DNA from: Eledone cirrhosa
Lineage: Eukaryota
Direction: 5' to 3'
NCBI GenBank assembly: GCA_964016885.1
Contig: OZ024743.1
Location: 235,662,001 to 235,726,000 of the forward strand
DNA length: 64,000 nt
Position 1 is the stretch's first letter. Every line of letters begins with the position of its first letter. The notes under the pieces were generated by a model that saw nothing but the letters and a program-made list of their open reading frames with translations, made no database searches and was not told where the DNA came from. Shown piece after piece: positions 14,104 through 29,571 of the stretch. Position numbers and translations under genes: made by a program.

Positions 14104-14835
14104 TATTGTCAAGAAGGCCAAGGGTGTCTTAGCATCACTCAGCAAGACCTTTGTCAGCCGCTCTCCAGCTATCTATTTGCTATCTATTTCTGTATATAGC
14201 TATGGTGCGGCCACATTTAGAATTTGCATCACCAGTCTGGAACCTCTATCTTGCTCAGAACACTGAGTGCCTGGAAACTGTTCAGAGACGTGCAACCAAG
14301 CGAATACCCTCCATCAGGCATCTACCATACTCTGAACGCCTTACTTCCCTGGGCATGGATACATTGAAGCTCCGACGTCTGGAAACTGACTTGGTAAACA
14401 CCCACAAAATTACTAACCATCTTGCCAACAACAACAGAGTACCTTTTTGATTCCATGTGTCTAACACACATGGGCATGCCAACAAAGTCAGAAAACAGCA
14501 CAGCTCCCATGACTTTCGGAAACATTTTTTCATGCTCAGAGTTGCTGAAGCATGGAACAAACTACCTGCATCAGTTGTTAGTTGTTGGGACTCTGCATCC
14601 TTTAAAACCTCCATCAGTTGTTAGCTGCTGAGACACTGCATCCTTTAAAACCTCTATGCTTCCTGAAATTCACCAACACTACACCTGATATCCCCCTCCT
14701 TACACACACACACACACATGTATATCATGACTCATAGACTATTCACTTCCATGACATTTGTATATTATTCTATGTATTATACATGCGCATTTGATGAGTT
14801 ATAGTGCACCTGAGCACTGTACACAATAATTTCAT
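14104..14835 (+). mobile_element. CR1-group LINE 3' fragment
   Basis: VRPHLEFASPVWN...LETVQRRATK motif, internal stop, 3' UTR and (ATT)n tail. Confidence 0.85.
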
Positions 14836-15100
14836 TATTATTATCATTATTATTATATATATATATATATAAATTTGTTTTGCAAGGTTTTTGATATGAA
14901 ATCGTGTTTCGAAACAGATATTGTTATACTTGGGGAGGGTCATATTGTTGCAATATGATTCCAGTTCCTCAGAGGAATAACAACACAACCAGGAGCTGGA
15001 CATGAGCACTTTACACAATAATTTCATTATTATTATTATTAGTGACAGAGTAAAACACACTTCAACAACATGTGTACCTGTCTTTCCCACACCAATTCGG

Positions 15101-15155
15101 ACTGCCTGAAGAGGTCACAGCCAATGATGGCTGTCACCGAAATATATATAGCAGT
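15101..15155 (+). ncRNA. Minimal type I hammerhead ribozyme motif (Penelope-type)
   Basis: ACTGC-CTGAAGA-GGTCACAGCCA-atga-TGGCTGTCACC-GAAA-TATATA-TA-GCAGT; intact core, 5-bp stem I, 10 of 11 bp in stem II. Confidence 0.75.
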
Positions 15156-16000
15156 ATATCTATAATTTATAATAAACTAAGCCAAATTTGACATATTTGA
15201 CTTAATTATTTTATATTACTCCGGAGTAAACAAACCAGCCTGCATACTTCGTCGAGTGCTCCAATCTGCATACTGAGGTGTCGGTAAACAACCAACATAT
15301 ACTCAATATATATATATATAGCCTATTCTCACAATTGTGAATCAATCACCAGGCATCTCTGTGATCAGTATTATATAGAAGTGGAGTCAAATTTCATTGT
15401 TTTGTTTTAAGTACATACACTTAATTTAAGAAACAATAAAGTCTGACTCTAAAAAGAATCTCATAATAAGTATGAATCTTGTCATGGAGTCCTGCAAGTC
15501 TAACCATTATTTTAGCAGGGAAAATAGCATTAAAACACTCATTGTTGTTGTAAGCTAGAGTTTGAAAAGTAACTTAACACATTTCTTATATAAGATTATG
15601 AAGGAAGTTTCTAATTTAGATATAAATATTTTAAAACCTAGCATGGTTTGTATCATACAAAGATGATCTCAGATGGTTTGGTATCAAATGGGTTCATCTT
15701 TTTCATACCAAACTGCCTCTGGTTCTATGATAAAAAACAACAAATTTGTTTTAAAATGTTTATATATAACTAAAATCCTTCTATTACAATTTTATGAAAG
15801 AAATGTTTGTTATGTTCCACACAACCACAGTTTAATTAAGATAAAGTTATTTATGTTACTAAATATCTCTAAATTTTTCACAAAATTATTTGTAAATGAG
15901 AGGCAGTGTTTTTCATTTGAAATATGGAAACGAAAAGGTTAAGCTAATTTTATTAAAAAGCTGAGACAAAAGCAATTAATTGAATGGAAATGATACTTAC

Positions 16001-16047
16001 GCATCCAAAATAGATTCTCGACAGCTGTAAAGGTTATCAAATTTGGT
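16001..16047 (-). CDS. AHCYL1: AHCY-like exon E: TKFDNLYSCRESILD(A)
   Basis: ccAG...GTAAGT; 47 nt, phase 0/2; KFDNLY.CRES motif. Confidence 0.93.
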
Positions 16048-16539
16048 CTGGAATTTAGAAAGAATAAAATAAATGATAGAAAGTTAATCTCACAGACTTG
16101 ATCTCTCTCAGTGGAATTATTGATGGAAGCAATATTAATTATTGGAAATCATATTAGAAACTCTTCAATGAGAGTTACACATATATGTATAAACACATAC
16201 ACACACACACAGTCTTAGAGATGCACACACACATTCCTAGACAGAGACACACACACATTCTTAGAGATGCACGCACCTTCTTAGACAGATATACACACAC
16301 ACACACACACACATTTTTAAACATAGATGCACACATTCTTACAGATGCACACACACACAATCTTAGCTAGAGATGTACTCGCACACACTCCAAGATAGAG
16401 TTACACACATACACACATATTCTTAAACAGATGCATACACACGCTCTCCTAGACCGATAAACACAGCCAATCACTCTTTCTCTCGCTCACACTCTCACTT
16501 TCTGTCGCACACACTCCCACTTTCTCTCAGACATTCTCA

Positions 16540-16925
16540 TACACCCTCACTTTCTCTCACTCACACACCTTCTCTTTCTCTCAGACACACACACCCTCAC
16601 ACACCCTCACTTTCTCTCAGACACTCACACACCCTCACTTTCTCTCAGACACACTCACACACCCTCACTTTCTCTCAGACACACACACACACACCCTCAC
16701 TTTCTCTCAGACACACTCACACACCTTCACTTTCTCTCAGACACACTCACACACCTTCACTTTCCCTCAGACACACTCACACCCTCACTTTCTCTCAGAC
16801 ACACTCACACACCCTCACTTTCTCTCAGACACACTCACACACCCTCACTTTCTCTCAGACACACTCACACACCCTCACTTTCTCTCAGACACACTCACAC
16901 ACCCTCACTTTCTCTAAGACACACG
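16540..16925. repeat. ~28-30-bp CA/CT-rich minisatellite
   Basis: cacaccctcactttctctcagacacact tandem. Confidence 0.9.
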
Positions 16926-17584
16926 CACAAACAGATATAGTTACAAAAGTTCAAAGCGTCATGACTAAATGAGTTGATAGATGGCTAATGTATGAGAGAA
17001 AAGAATATTCTATCCAGTTCTTCTCTTTGAACTCTTCATTGTTAGTTGAAGAATGGTTCAGAAAGTCGATTCCTCATACCATTCTCTGGTAGTTCTCCAC
17101 ATAGCCAAGTGCAAGACATGATCCATTCTAAAGAGTCAGAGTTTCTAACACTTTACAGATTATATTAGCTAGAGTGAACCAGGGTAAGTAGCTCCTAACA
17201 TCTAACATATATAGCTTTGAAAACCATTCAGCTACAAACAACCACAGCCTGTAACCCATATGCCTCAAATTTTTTAACCCTTTTGTTACCAACCTGGCCA
17301 AAACCAGCTCTGGTTCTGTGAAATAAAACTACGCATTTTAAAGGTTTCCAATTTAAATTAAAACATTCCAACATAATTTTATATAAGAACCCTACAGCCC
17401 CCACCCCCTCCCACTGTAAAGTGGACGTGTAGGTACCACGGAATAAAAGCACCCAGCACTCACTGTAAATGAGGTTGGTGTTAGGAAGGGCATCCAGCTG
17501 TAGAAATCAAGCCAGAATCATTTCCTGTATGAGCAAGACAAGGTCAGCCAACTGGACACTGCCCACAACAGGACAACCCGTCTA

Positions 17585-17857
<273 letters not shown>

Positions 17858-18928
17858 CTACAACAGAAGATTAGTAACAAACATATATTAATGGATGGTT
17901 AATATATAGAACAGAGCTAGAAACACTTTCACTGCAGACTTTTGTGTCTTTGGCTCATCGAATACAAAAATAAAATATAATGTAGAAAATGGTATGTTTA
18001 AGATGGTTAACAATGTGAAATGGATGGTAAAATATACTGTAGAAAATGGTATGTTTAAGATGGTTAAGACAATGTGAAATGGATGGTAATATGTTTAAGA
18101 TGGTTAAGACAATGTGAAATGGATGATAAAATGTTGAAGATGGCTAAGACAATGTGAAATGGATGGTAAAATGTTAAAAAGCCCAGAGGACACAAATAAA
18201 TTGCTATGTCTGTCGCTAGTGGAGTCCCTCTGCTGCAGGGGGCCTAGTACAATTGCTCCCTTTGCCCTCCATTCAATCCGGCTATGAGTTCAAATCATAC
18301 CATTATCAACTTTACCTTTCATCCTTTTAGGGTCAACATATATATTACCAGTCTAGTACTGATCTTAAATCTTCTGTTATTAAAGAAAAGCAACTATTTC
18401 ACTCCTCACAGCAAGTCAACTCTCTCTTATTTTTTTTTACTACAAACTTTTAGTCAGAAAGCATTTCATCTGTTACAAGTAAATATAATTTATATTGAAA
18501 ACTGGAGGGAAGCATGTCATATATATCAGATAGCTGTGGCCATGCCGGTGTCTGTGGGTGTACCACACATCATTACACAGAGCCTGTTGTGATTGTTGAT
18601 TATCATCATCATCGTTTAATGTCTAATTTCCAGGCTAGCATGGGTTAGACGGGTTATCTCATTTGAGGCAAGTCAGGTCTTGCTCATATAGAACTAATTT
18701 TGGATTGGTTTCAATGGCTGGATGCCTTTCCTAACACCAACCACATTTACAGTGTGGACTGAGTGCTTTTTGTGATAACACCTACATGACCTCTTTACAG
18801 TGTGGACTGGGCACTTTTTGTCACAACAATTACACAACCACATTTACAGTGTGGGCTGGGTGTTTTTTTTATCATGACACCTACTCGATCACTTTACAGT
18901 GTGGACTCGATGATTATGTCTCCCATAA

Positions 18929-19120
18929 ATAATTGTTTCTACTTTTGGCACAAGGCCAGCAATTATCCAGTGCATTACTGGTACTTTTATTTTATCGACC
19001 CCGTAAGGATGAAAGGCAAAGTTAACCTCGGCGGGATTTGAACTCAGACTATAAAGAACCGTAACTCTTTGCTGCAAAGCATGGTGTCAGACCCTCTACC
19101 GATACTGCCAATCCACCGTC
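18929..19120 (-). mobile_element. SINE family A copy
   Basis: Reverse complement of family A; flanked by the repeated tctcccataaataat (TSD-like). Confidence 0.8.
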
Positions 19121-21191
19121 TCCCATAAATAATACATGCAGTAATATAGCAGTTTTGACAAACATTAGTGATAAATACCATACTTAGAATAAGTTATAAG
19201 TTGACTGTGGAAAATACCTCAAAATACTTGTTTTAATTCCCAAAGGTATGGAAAAATAGGTGTAAAAACGATCTTGCAAATTACAGCTAAGATATACCAC
19301 CAAGACTGTGGCGTAAAGTCTGCCAATCCCTCCCTATTTCCCCTACCTCTGCTCTTCAATGTTAATTCGCTTTTCTCTTTCTTTTCCATATCCAAACATT
19401 GATGAATTGTAAAATTCTTTCTTTTACTTTTAAATAAAACTCATCACAAAATTCATCATCATCATCATTTGTGCCAAATGGAAGCAGGCGTAACTAATCT
19501 TGAGTATAAAAAATAAATAACAACACTGTCTTAAATTCCTTAATAAGACAAGGTGTTCATTGAAGAATTATAAAGCTAGATTCTTAGAGTACATTTTGCC
19601 ATTCATAAGAATGGTGAAAAATGTTATGAAATGGTGGCTTAACAAATACAAAGACTTATAGTAGATATTCTAAGTAGCATGAAGAAATTCAACTCTTTTT
19701 CTGCTTCCAGTTCTTTGGAATAAGTGGAATGGATAGCCAAACATTATGTAAATATTCCAGTGATACAGTAGTAGTTGGCAGCAAGGGATACATTCATTTT
19801 CTCAAAGAAATAACGGAAGGAAGTTAAAAAAATAATTACATACAACTTATTGAATGAAGTTATTAATAACTAATAGAGAGAATATATTGAAGAAGGAATT
19901 AAAGTTTGACAAGCAGGATATATATCTAATCAAAGATGGACAGAAAGAAGAGTCTGAAGAACTCAATAATAGTTTGTGTTAGCAGAAGAATCTCTTAATA
20001 TCATCACAATCATATTATGTCTGCTGTAAACACTGGCATGGGTTGTGAATACCATAATTATCACCATATCACCACTTTACAACTGCATTGAATTTTGGCA
20101 TGGGTTGGATGGGTTGGTAATACCATAATTATCACCATCATCACTTTACATCTGCTTTGCATGCTGGCATGGGTTGGACAAGTTGGTAGTATTATCATCA
20201 TCATAATTTCATGTCTTTATTCTATACTGGCATGGGTTTGATAGGTTGGTATCATCATCATTGCTTTATGTCAACTTTCCATGCTGGCGTGGGTTGGACA
20301 GGTTGGTAATACCATCATTGTCATCATCACCATCACATTATATTCACTTTCCATGATGGTGTGGGTTGGACGGATTGTTAATAAAGTTGGTAAAATAGAG
20401 GCACAGGAATGGCATTATGGTTAAGTTTACTCTGTAACCATATAGTTTCAGGTTTGATCCCATTACATGGGTGGCACCTTGGGCAAGTGTCATCTACTAT
20501 AGCCTTTGGCTGACACCATTGTCAGTAAAATTTGGTAGAGAGAAACTATGTAGAAACCTGTTGTGTATGTGTGTATGTGCAGATACACATACACACATAT
20601 ATATATATATACCCAGCACTCACTGTAAATGAGGTTGGTGTCAGGAAGGGCATCCAGTATTAGTTAAAGCCAGAATCAGTTCTGTATGAGTAAGACATGG
20701 TCATCTGACCTGGCTTGTCTCACAACTACTGATCTCAGGATGTTGAACCTTACAAAGGAGGTGTTGCAGGAATGCTATAGGTGTGCTGTAGAAATAAACT
20801 TGTTCAACCCATGCAAACAATGAAAGATTGAGGTAAACAGGATGACGATGATGATATTGATGATGATGATGGTTATGGTGGTGATGATAGTGATGATGAT
20901 GGCTAGGGTGATGATAATAGTGATGATAGTGGTGATGATATATCTATATATATGTACATATATATATATATAATTTCTTCAAAGAAAGTTCCTGCTGCCA
21001 GAAACACAAGATATCATCTTTCCTTCACAGCACATATATACTTATATCATCTATTCTAGCATGAAAAACAGACATAAATATGATGATGGTGGTGGTGGTA
21101 GTGATGGTGGTGATGATGATGGTGGAGGTGGTGGTGATGATGATACATAGTTAAAGTGGTGTTTATGATTATAAACAGGTGCAATAAATTA

Positions 21192-21512
<321 letters not shown>

Positions 21513-21571
21513 TCAACATGGAAAGAGAAAAAACATCAACAATAATTATTAAGAATAAAATTAAGAGGAAA

Positions 21572-22075
21572 ATAATTGTTTCTACTTTTTGGCACAAGGC
21601 CAGCAATTACTCAGTGTATTACTGGTACTTTATTTTATCGACTCCGTAAGGATGAAAGGCAAAGTTGACCTCGGCAGGAATTGAACTCAGACTGTAAAGG
21701 GCCGTAACTCTATGCTGCAAAGCACGGCGTCCAACCTTCTACCGTTACTGCCAATCCACCGCTATAAGAGGAAAACAATGGTTTCTGATTTAGACCCAAG
21801 GCCAACAATTTTTGGGGAGGGGAAAGTCGATTAAGTCGATACCAGTGCATTACTGGTACTTTATTTCACTGACTTAGTAAGGATGAAAAGCAAAGCTAAC
21901 CGTAGCAGGATTTGAACTCAAATACTTATAGTAATAATGGTTTCTTATATAGGCACAAGGCCAACAATTTTGGGGACGGAAAAGTCGATTAAATCGACCC
22001 CAGTGTATTACTGGTACTTTATTTTATCAACCCTGTAAGGATGAAAGGGAAAGCTAACCTCGGCGGGATTTGAAC
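21572..22075 (-). mobile_element. Three tandem SINE family A copies or fragments
   Basis: Three repeats of ttactggtactttattt...taaggatgaaa...gaac. Confidence 0.75.
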
Positions 22076-22408
22076 AATGGCATTATATGAAGAATATCTG
22101 TAGTTTAGCTTCACCTTAGTGAAGTTCTTTCCTCGTAACTTTCACAATAATGGCGGTGATGTATTTGTTTTCCACATGAGTGGAATAACAACACCCACAC
22201 ACAAACACGCTAGTGACAAAAGAGAATATAAACACAAACACACACCGACTCAGACACAAACACATGAACACACACCAAACAGTAGGAAACAGTGATAATC
22301 ACTGAAGATGTCACAGAAATGTGTGATGAAATAACTTTGAGAAATTATATTTATATTTTTAACTGCTGGTCAATCAGTGATGAACATATACATACATATA
22401 TATACATA

Positions 22409-22440
<32 letters not shown>

Positions 22441-23299
22441 CACACACACACACATGTATATAGATCTAGACCCATCCACACACACCATCTGTTTGTTGTT
22501 TTATCTCCCCATTAGCCTTCAAATTACTATTCAGAAAGCTGGTCACAGTGACAATATTAATACAGTACAAAGATATAAATTTATAACAAAACTAATTGTA
22601 AAAGCAACAGCTTATATCTACCAACCTAAAAACTGTTGGCTTATATAGAGACACTGCAAACAGCTTATTTCTAACAACCAACACAAGGTAGTAAAAACTG
22701 TTGGCTTATATAGACACTGAAAACAATAGCTTATTTCTAACAACCAACACAAGGTAGTAAAAACTGTTGGCTTATATAGAGACACTGTCTTGCAGTACTA
22801 CAAACAATAGCTTATTTCTAACAACCAACACAACACCAAGTAGAAAGTTAGGGATCATATATAAAAGGATAATAACATCAGATGGTGTCTAACATTGGGC
22901 GTTTTGACCCTCATTTGTAACACCCTTCCCTAGGTTAGTTAGTAATGGTAGCCAAATCCCTGACCATCTTCTCCTGACTTCTAGTTTATTTCCTTTTTCC
23001 TACTCCATCACCAACAAGAGCCTCTTTCTACTGATTCCCTCCATTTTACAAATGGCTACCATCTTTCCTCTTCCTGTCTTTGCTACAAATAACTGAATCT
23101 TTCTAACAATCAGTACAACACAAACCAGAATGTGTTGTATCATATAGATAAAGATGGTAGTTTACAATATAATTCATTATAAACTGATACAAATAATACC
23201 TTATTTTTAACTGTAATCAACCTTCAAAGAGTTGGATTACACACACACAGATATATATATACTGTGTTGTTTGCTTTGTTATTTCTGTTTATTTTTTTT

Positions 23300-23336
<37 letters not shown>

Positions 23337-23790
23337 CATACACACTGAAAGAAAGATGTTAATTCAATGGTAAATGATACTATTACATGACTGCTTATTA
23401 TTTCTGATTTCTATCCTCCTCTGATTTAACTGAAGGCTCCTATCTTTATCTTAAAACATTAATTGACAATATTATACATACACCTTGTGTATGTATAATA
23501 TTACACACGGATAATGGATAATGATAACATATTAGGATTTCATAGTCATTTCAAACATCATATCATCACCAGCATCATATAATGTGTGTTTGCCTTTATA
23601 TACATCTGCACACACACTCACACACACACATATATCCATCCATCTATACATACATATATATATATATATATCCATTCATACATATATATACACACATCCA
23701 TCCATACATATATATATATATATATCCACCCATCTATCCATCCATTCATATATAATATATATATATCCATCCATTCATATATATATATAT

Positions 23791-24097
23791 GGAGGCACAT
23801 GGCTTAGTGGTTAGAGCATTGGCCTTGCAATCGAAAGGTTGTGAGTTCAATTCTTCAGATCGGGTGATGTGTTGTTTCCTTGAGCAAGACACTTTATTTC
23901 ACATTGCTCCAGTTTACTCAGCTGTAGAAATGAGATGATAGGGACTGGGGTCCCTATCATTCCATGGCAAAAAAGCACCCAGCACTCACTTGGTGTTAGG
24001 AAGGGCATCCAGCTGTAGAAATCAAGCCAGAATCAGTTCCTGTCCCACCCTTGCAAGCAGGGAAAAAGTGGACGTAAAAATGAAATGATGATGATGA
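23791..24097 (+). mobile_element. SINE family B copy
   Basis: Matches 7746-8138 with an internal deletion. Confidence 0.8.
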
Positions 24098-24160
24098 TAT
24101 ATATATATAGCCATCCATTCATATATATATATATATACACACACAGATATATAAATATCT

Positions 24161-25370
24161 ATGCAGATGACTTCCTTGAGTTAGTGCTGGACTCGAATTG
24201 GTCCCAAGTAGTGACAACACTTTGGACCTACTCTTCACCACTACTCCTGAAATGGTGATTAGCATTACTGCTGAGGAACATTTAGGTGACTCTGATCATG
24301 TTATGATCATTGCCAATCTATCCCTCATGGGCAGTAACAAAAACCACAGCCATCTCCAAACTGCTCACTTTGACTGGAATAAAGCAGACTGGAACTGTTA
24401 CTGCACCGAGCTGCAACGTCCAAACTGGCTTGAGATCTACAACTCTGGAAATGTCAACACTGTACTCCAGAACATCCTGAGCTCAATATGGACAGCATGT
24501 GCAGCATCGGTGCCATGTAAGCAGAAAAAACATCCCAAAAGTGCAATTTGGGAGACTGCAGCAGTCAGTCTTACCAGAAAAGAACGTCGCAAAGCTGAAC
24601 GTGAGTTCAAACTGCATAAATCAGATATCAATAGGAAGAGGCGAAATAAATCATCCAACCATCTCAAACAGGTGACAAAAAAGCAGTGCTTCAATTTGAG
24701 CAGCGCATAGCAACCAACCCTGACAGTAAGGTGTTCTGGAAGTATGTTCACTCAAAGCAGAGGCCTCACTCTCCAGTTGGTCCTCTTCGCAATCCTCACA
24801 CAAGCCAGGTTACTGACGACCCCAAGGAATGTGCAGAGTATATTGCTGAATGGTATGCAGGCATTTTCACTATTGAAGACCAGAGTGTACCATCTCCACC
24901 ACCTATGACACCGAATTCTATTACAACCATGGAATTTACACCTGCAATGCTGCGACATCACCTTAAAAATAAACGCAACCATGCCTCTCCTGGTCTTGAT
25001 GGTGTTACGTACCTGCTTCTTAAACGTGGTGGGTACTTCCTTCTGCACCAGCTACCACACTTCTTCCAATTCTGTCTGAACAACAGTGCTACTCCAGAAC
25101 AGTGGAAAACTGCCAGCGTCATTCCTCTGTTCAAAAAGGGTGACCGCACATCACCTGTGAACTATCGTCCAGTAGGTCTTACTAGCTGCATTGCCAAACT
25201 GATGGAATTCTGTGTCAGAGAAACACTTTGGAACTTCTGGAACTCTCAGTCTTATCCGGCCCTCGCAATTTGGATTTATCCCTAACTTCAGCTGCTGTGA
25301 TCAACTTATCGAGTTTCTTGAAGACATCACCCGGATCACTGATGGCGGCTCATGGGTGGATGTTGTTTAC
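24161..25370 (+). mobile_element. CR1-group LINE internal fragment (endonuclease end to RT start), frameshifted
   Basis: TLDLLFT, LGDSDH, SPGLDG, WKTASVIPLFKKG, NYRPVGLTS, QFGF and VDVVY motifs across overlapping ORFs. Confidence 0.85.
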
Positions 25371-26514
25371 AATACTGTTTTTAGACATTTTCTGCTAAAT
25401 CATGATAAGATGGTAAGAGTGAATATTCTCTTGTAAAGTCAACAAACTTTGGTATTGATTAAAGTATGTTGGTTCCAGGATACAAACATATCTTTGTTTT
25501 CATTGGTCAATGAATTAAGCAGCCATGGCAGAGCTCAACCAATCAGAACTGATTCAATTGATACTGTCAACTGATTCATCAGTACACACATACAACATGC
25601 GTATATAGACATATACACATATCTACAGACATACATACACTTATATATAGAAACACATACATAAACTTCTACAGACATATACACTTATATAGACACAAAC
25701 ATATATTCACACATACATACATATATATAGAGACATATACACATACAGATACACATACACACATACATACATTTCTACAGTGACACATACATACAGAGAA
25801 ATTAAAACATGGCAACCATTCTATAGTTTACAGAAATATTCAAGTTAAGGAACTTACTAAATTTCTTTTCCCCTTTTTTTTTACAGTTTAATCAGAGAGG
25901 AAAAGGCAGTGTTTACGGCTATTTTTCAGGGTCTCTGAGATGGCTGAGAAGGAGGGAATTTATCCATAACTGTTTTCATTGTCTCAGAGACTGAGGGTAA
26001 GGGAGGGGTTGCTGTACCCATGATGCTTTGTAAGGTCTCTGAATCTGGTGAGAGGGAGAGAGAAAACTATCCTCAAACTGAAGACCTGGATGAAATGTTT
26101 GCAGCAGAGTGGATTCTATTAAAACCACACAAGGGTCAAGTGGTGGTTTCATAATAAAATACAGCCAGTTTACTCTGTAAAATGGTAGTGCTGATGTCAT
26201 GATAAAATGCACCAAATATAAGCTGTAAGGTGGTTGACATTAGAAAGAGCATCCAGCCATAGAAATCATGTTAAAATAAAGTGAATGAGCCTCATACAAT
26301 CATCTGTTCCTAGTCTCACAACATGACAATAAGTCCAAGCTATGCCAGCATGACTTGGACAGACAATTATTATGGTTGGTTTAAATATATATACAAACAC
26401 TTTGTATGATAGAACCAGGGGTGGTTTAAGCTGGTATAGTTTCAACTGGTTTAGTATGATTTGAGACAAATTTAGCAGCTAATCTTTGCAGTTGTTATAC
26501 ATTGATATATTCAG

Positions 26515-27010
26515 ATCAGCATTCAGTAATCAGAAAAACGGATGTTGGTCTAAAAACTAAACTCGCTATCTTTAATTTAGTATTCGTGCCAATCCTCACC
26601 TATTGGTCGTGAATCATGGGTAATGGCTGAAAGAATATGATCGCGAATACAAAAAGCAGAAATGGGGTTCCTCCAAAGGGTCTTTGGAATAATGGAAGCA
26701 GCTCTACCTGCAGAAAGACACTCCAGGTAGAGTCGCTACTTCTCTGAATTGAGAGATCACAGCTCCGATACTATGGATATGTGGTGAGAATGTCTCATGT
26801 AAGAATCACTGGACAGATTTTACAGACAAAACCAACTGGCAGGAGACCCAGGGGTAGATACCGAGAAAGATGGTTGGATAACATCCAAGAGGTTGGCTAG
26901 TCTTGCTTGGAGATCCAGCCGGATCAGAGATGGTTGCTTCTGACAGGACCCACTGAGGGAGTGTTTGAGGACTCTACCCAGAGGACTCTGCTGTGGAGGA
27001 GAAAAAGAAG
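26515..27010 (+). mobile_element. Degenerate RTE-clade LINE 3' fragment (separate family)
   Basis: Hand translation gives KTKLAIFNLVFVPILTY, AEMGFLQRV, IERSQLRYYGYVVRM and TGRRPRGR..RWLD, with stops. Confidence 0.7.
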
Positions 27011-27122
27011 AGGAAGTAGTAGTAGTAGAAGAATGCTCCATTGGTTAAATATTAAGTACACTAGTGTAGTTAGTCATAAGTTGATATACTAGTAAAGATA
27101 GGTGTTACCATTGATAGAAGGA

Positions 27123-27723
<601 letters not shown>

Positions 27724-28147
27724 TTAATAATAAGGGGTCATAATTTAGAGAAAATGTCAACAATTCAGAATTGGGAGCTAGGGTTTCTATAAGTACCTGA
27801 AACAGATTAATAATATAACTACATAAAAAATAAGTGGCTCTAATTTAGGTACAAGGTCAACAATTTTGGGGAGAGAGTTGATTATAATGACTCCAGTAGC
27901 TGACTGATATGCCGTGTGTTCGATTTCACGTTGCTGTAGTATACTCAGCTGTAAATGAGTACCAGCGATAGCTGGGGGTTTAAACCTGTGATGGACTGGT
28001 GTCTTGTTTAGGGGGAAGTCTCGTAGTCTCAGTTGCTTCACGTCATGAAACAAGAATAAGCCTGATGAGACTCCTAGCTGGAAACTTTAGACTTGACAGG
28101 TACTTTTTTTTTTCCTGTTGGGATAAAAATTCTTTGACTCGAGTCTT

Positions 28148-28323
28148 GGATAACCTGTCAACCCACGCCAGTGGATAACCTGTCAACCCACGCCAGTGGA
28201 TAACCTGTCAACCCACGCCAGTGGATAACCTGTCAACCCACGCCAGTGGATAACCTGTCAACCCACGCCAGTGGATAACCTGTCAACCCACGCCAGTGGA
28301 TAACCTGTCAATCCACGCCAGTG
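28148..28323. repeat. 25-bp minisatellite (~7 copies)
   Basis: ggataacctgtcaacccacgccagt. Confidence 0.95.
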
Positions 28324-28491
28324 TGATAATAGGCAGAATGATGATAATGTATATGTGGGTGTATATGTAGACTTAGAAATAAATGACAAATTGAAAAGAA
28401 AGAAAACAAAACCTAAACTGAAACATGAGCGATATATGTGCAGTGAAAATATACCAGAGAGAAGACAGAATGATATATATATATACCAATT

Positions 28492-28818
28492 CATCATTTT
28501 TACGTCCGCTTTTCCCTGCTTGCAAGGGTGGTACGGGAACTGATTCTGGCTTCATTTCTACAGCTGAATGTCCTTCCTAACACGAACCTCATTTACAGTG
28601 AGTGCTGGGTGCTTTTTTGCCATGGCACCTCTACGACCACTTTGCAGTGGAATGATAGGGACCCCAGTCCCTATCATCTCATTTCTACAGCTGAGTAAAC
28701 TGGAGCAATGTGAAATAAAGTGTCTTGCTCAAGGAAACAACACATCACCCGGTCTGAGAATTGAACACACAACCTTTCGATTGCAAGGCCAATGCTCTAA
28801 CCGCTAAGCCATGTGCCT
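28492..28818 (-). mobile_element. SINE family B copy
   Basis: Reverse complement of 23791-24097. Confidence 0.8.
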
Positions 28819-28837
28819 ATATCTATATCTATATATA

Positions 28838-29560
28838 TGGAGAGAAACGAAGCTTGCATGCTCCGCTGGATGTGTAATAGTAATATACGTGAACGGCAAA
28901 GCATAAACGAACTAAGGGAGAAATTAGGAATAAGAGGGATCAGATGTTGTTTACTCGAGAGAAGGCTACGTTGGTACGGTCACATGATGCGCATGAAAGA
29001 CGACAGCTGTATAAAAAAGTGCAGGGCGATAAAAATAGACGGTAGCCACGGAGTAGGGAGACCCCGAAAAACCTGGGACGACTTGATAAATTCCGACCTC
29101 ACACACTTACACCTCTCCAAGACAATGTCACTGGACCGAGATCTTTGGCGCTACACAGTTATACAGAAGACCTGCCTTGCCTAAGTACAAAGCGAAACCT
29201 ATAGTCAGTAGGCACCTCTAACAGAATACACCCATCCCACTACCCCCCCCCCCCCCCCCCTTAAATGTGAAGTTATGTTGGTACCACAACATCCAGTCCG
29301 AAACAAATGAGGTCGCGTAGGTGTCACGACAAAAAAACACACAGTCCACGCTGTAATGTGGCCGTGTAGGTAACACGGTAAAAACCTCCCAGTCCACACC
29401 GTAAACGTGGTTGGTGTTAGGAAGCGCATCCAGCCATAGAACACCCGCCAGACAGTCCTATACGAGCAGGACAACCAAACTTGCCTTGAGTGAATACTCC
29501 CGTCCAAACCCATGCAAGCGTGGAAGATGGACGTTAAACGATGATGATGATGATCATGAT
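28838..29560 (+). mobile_element. RTE LINE 3' fragment (same subfamily as 1812-2903)
   Basis: ORF ERNEACMLRWMC...GRPRKTW, 3' UTR and (GAT)n tail. Confidence 0.9.
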
Positions 29561-29571
29561 GATATATATAT

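Noticed and set aside
28058-28095. Hammerhead at cctgatgagactcctagctggaaac
   Set aside because: Core words are present but stems I-III do not pair.
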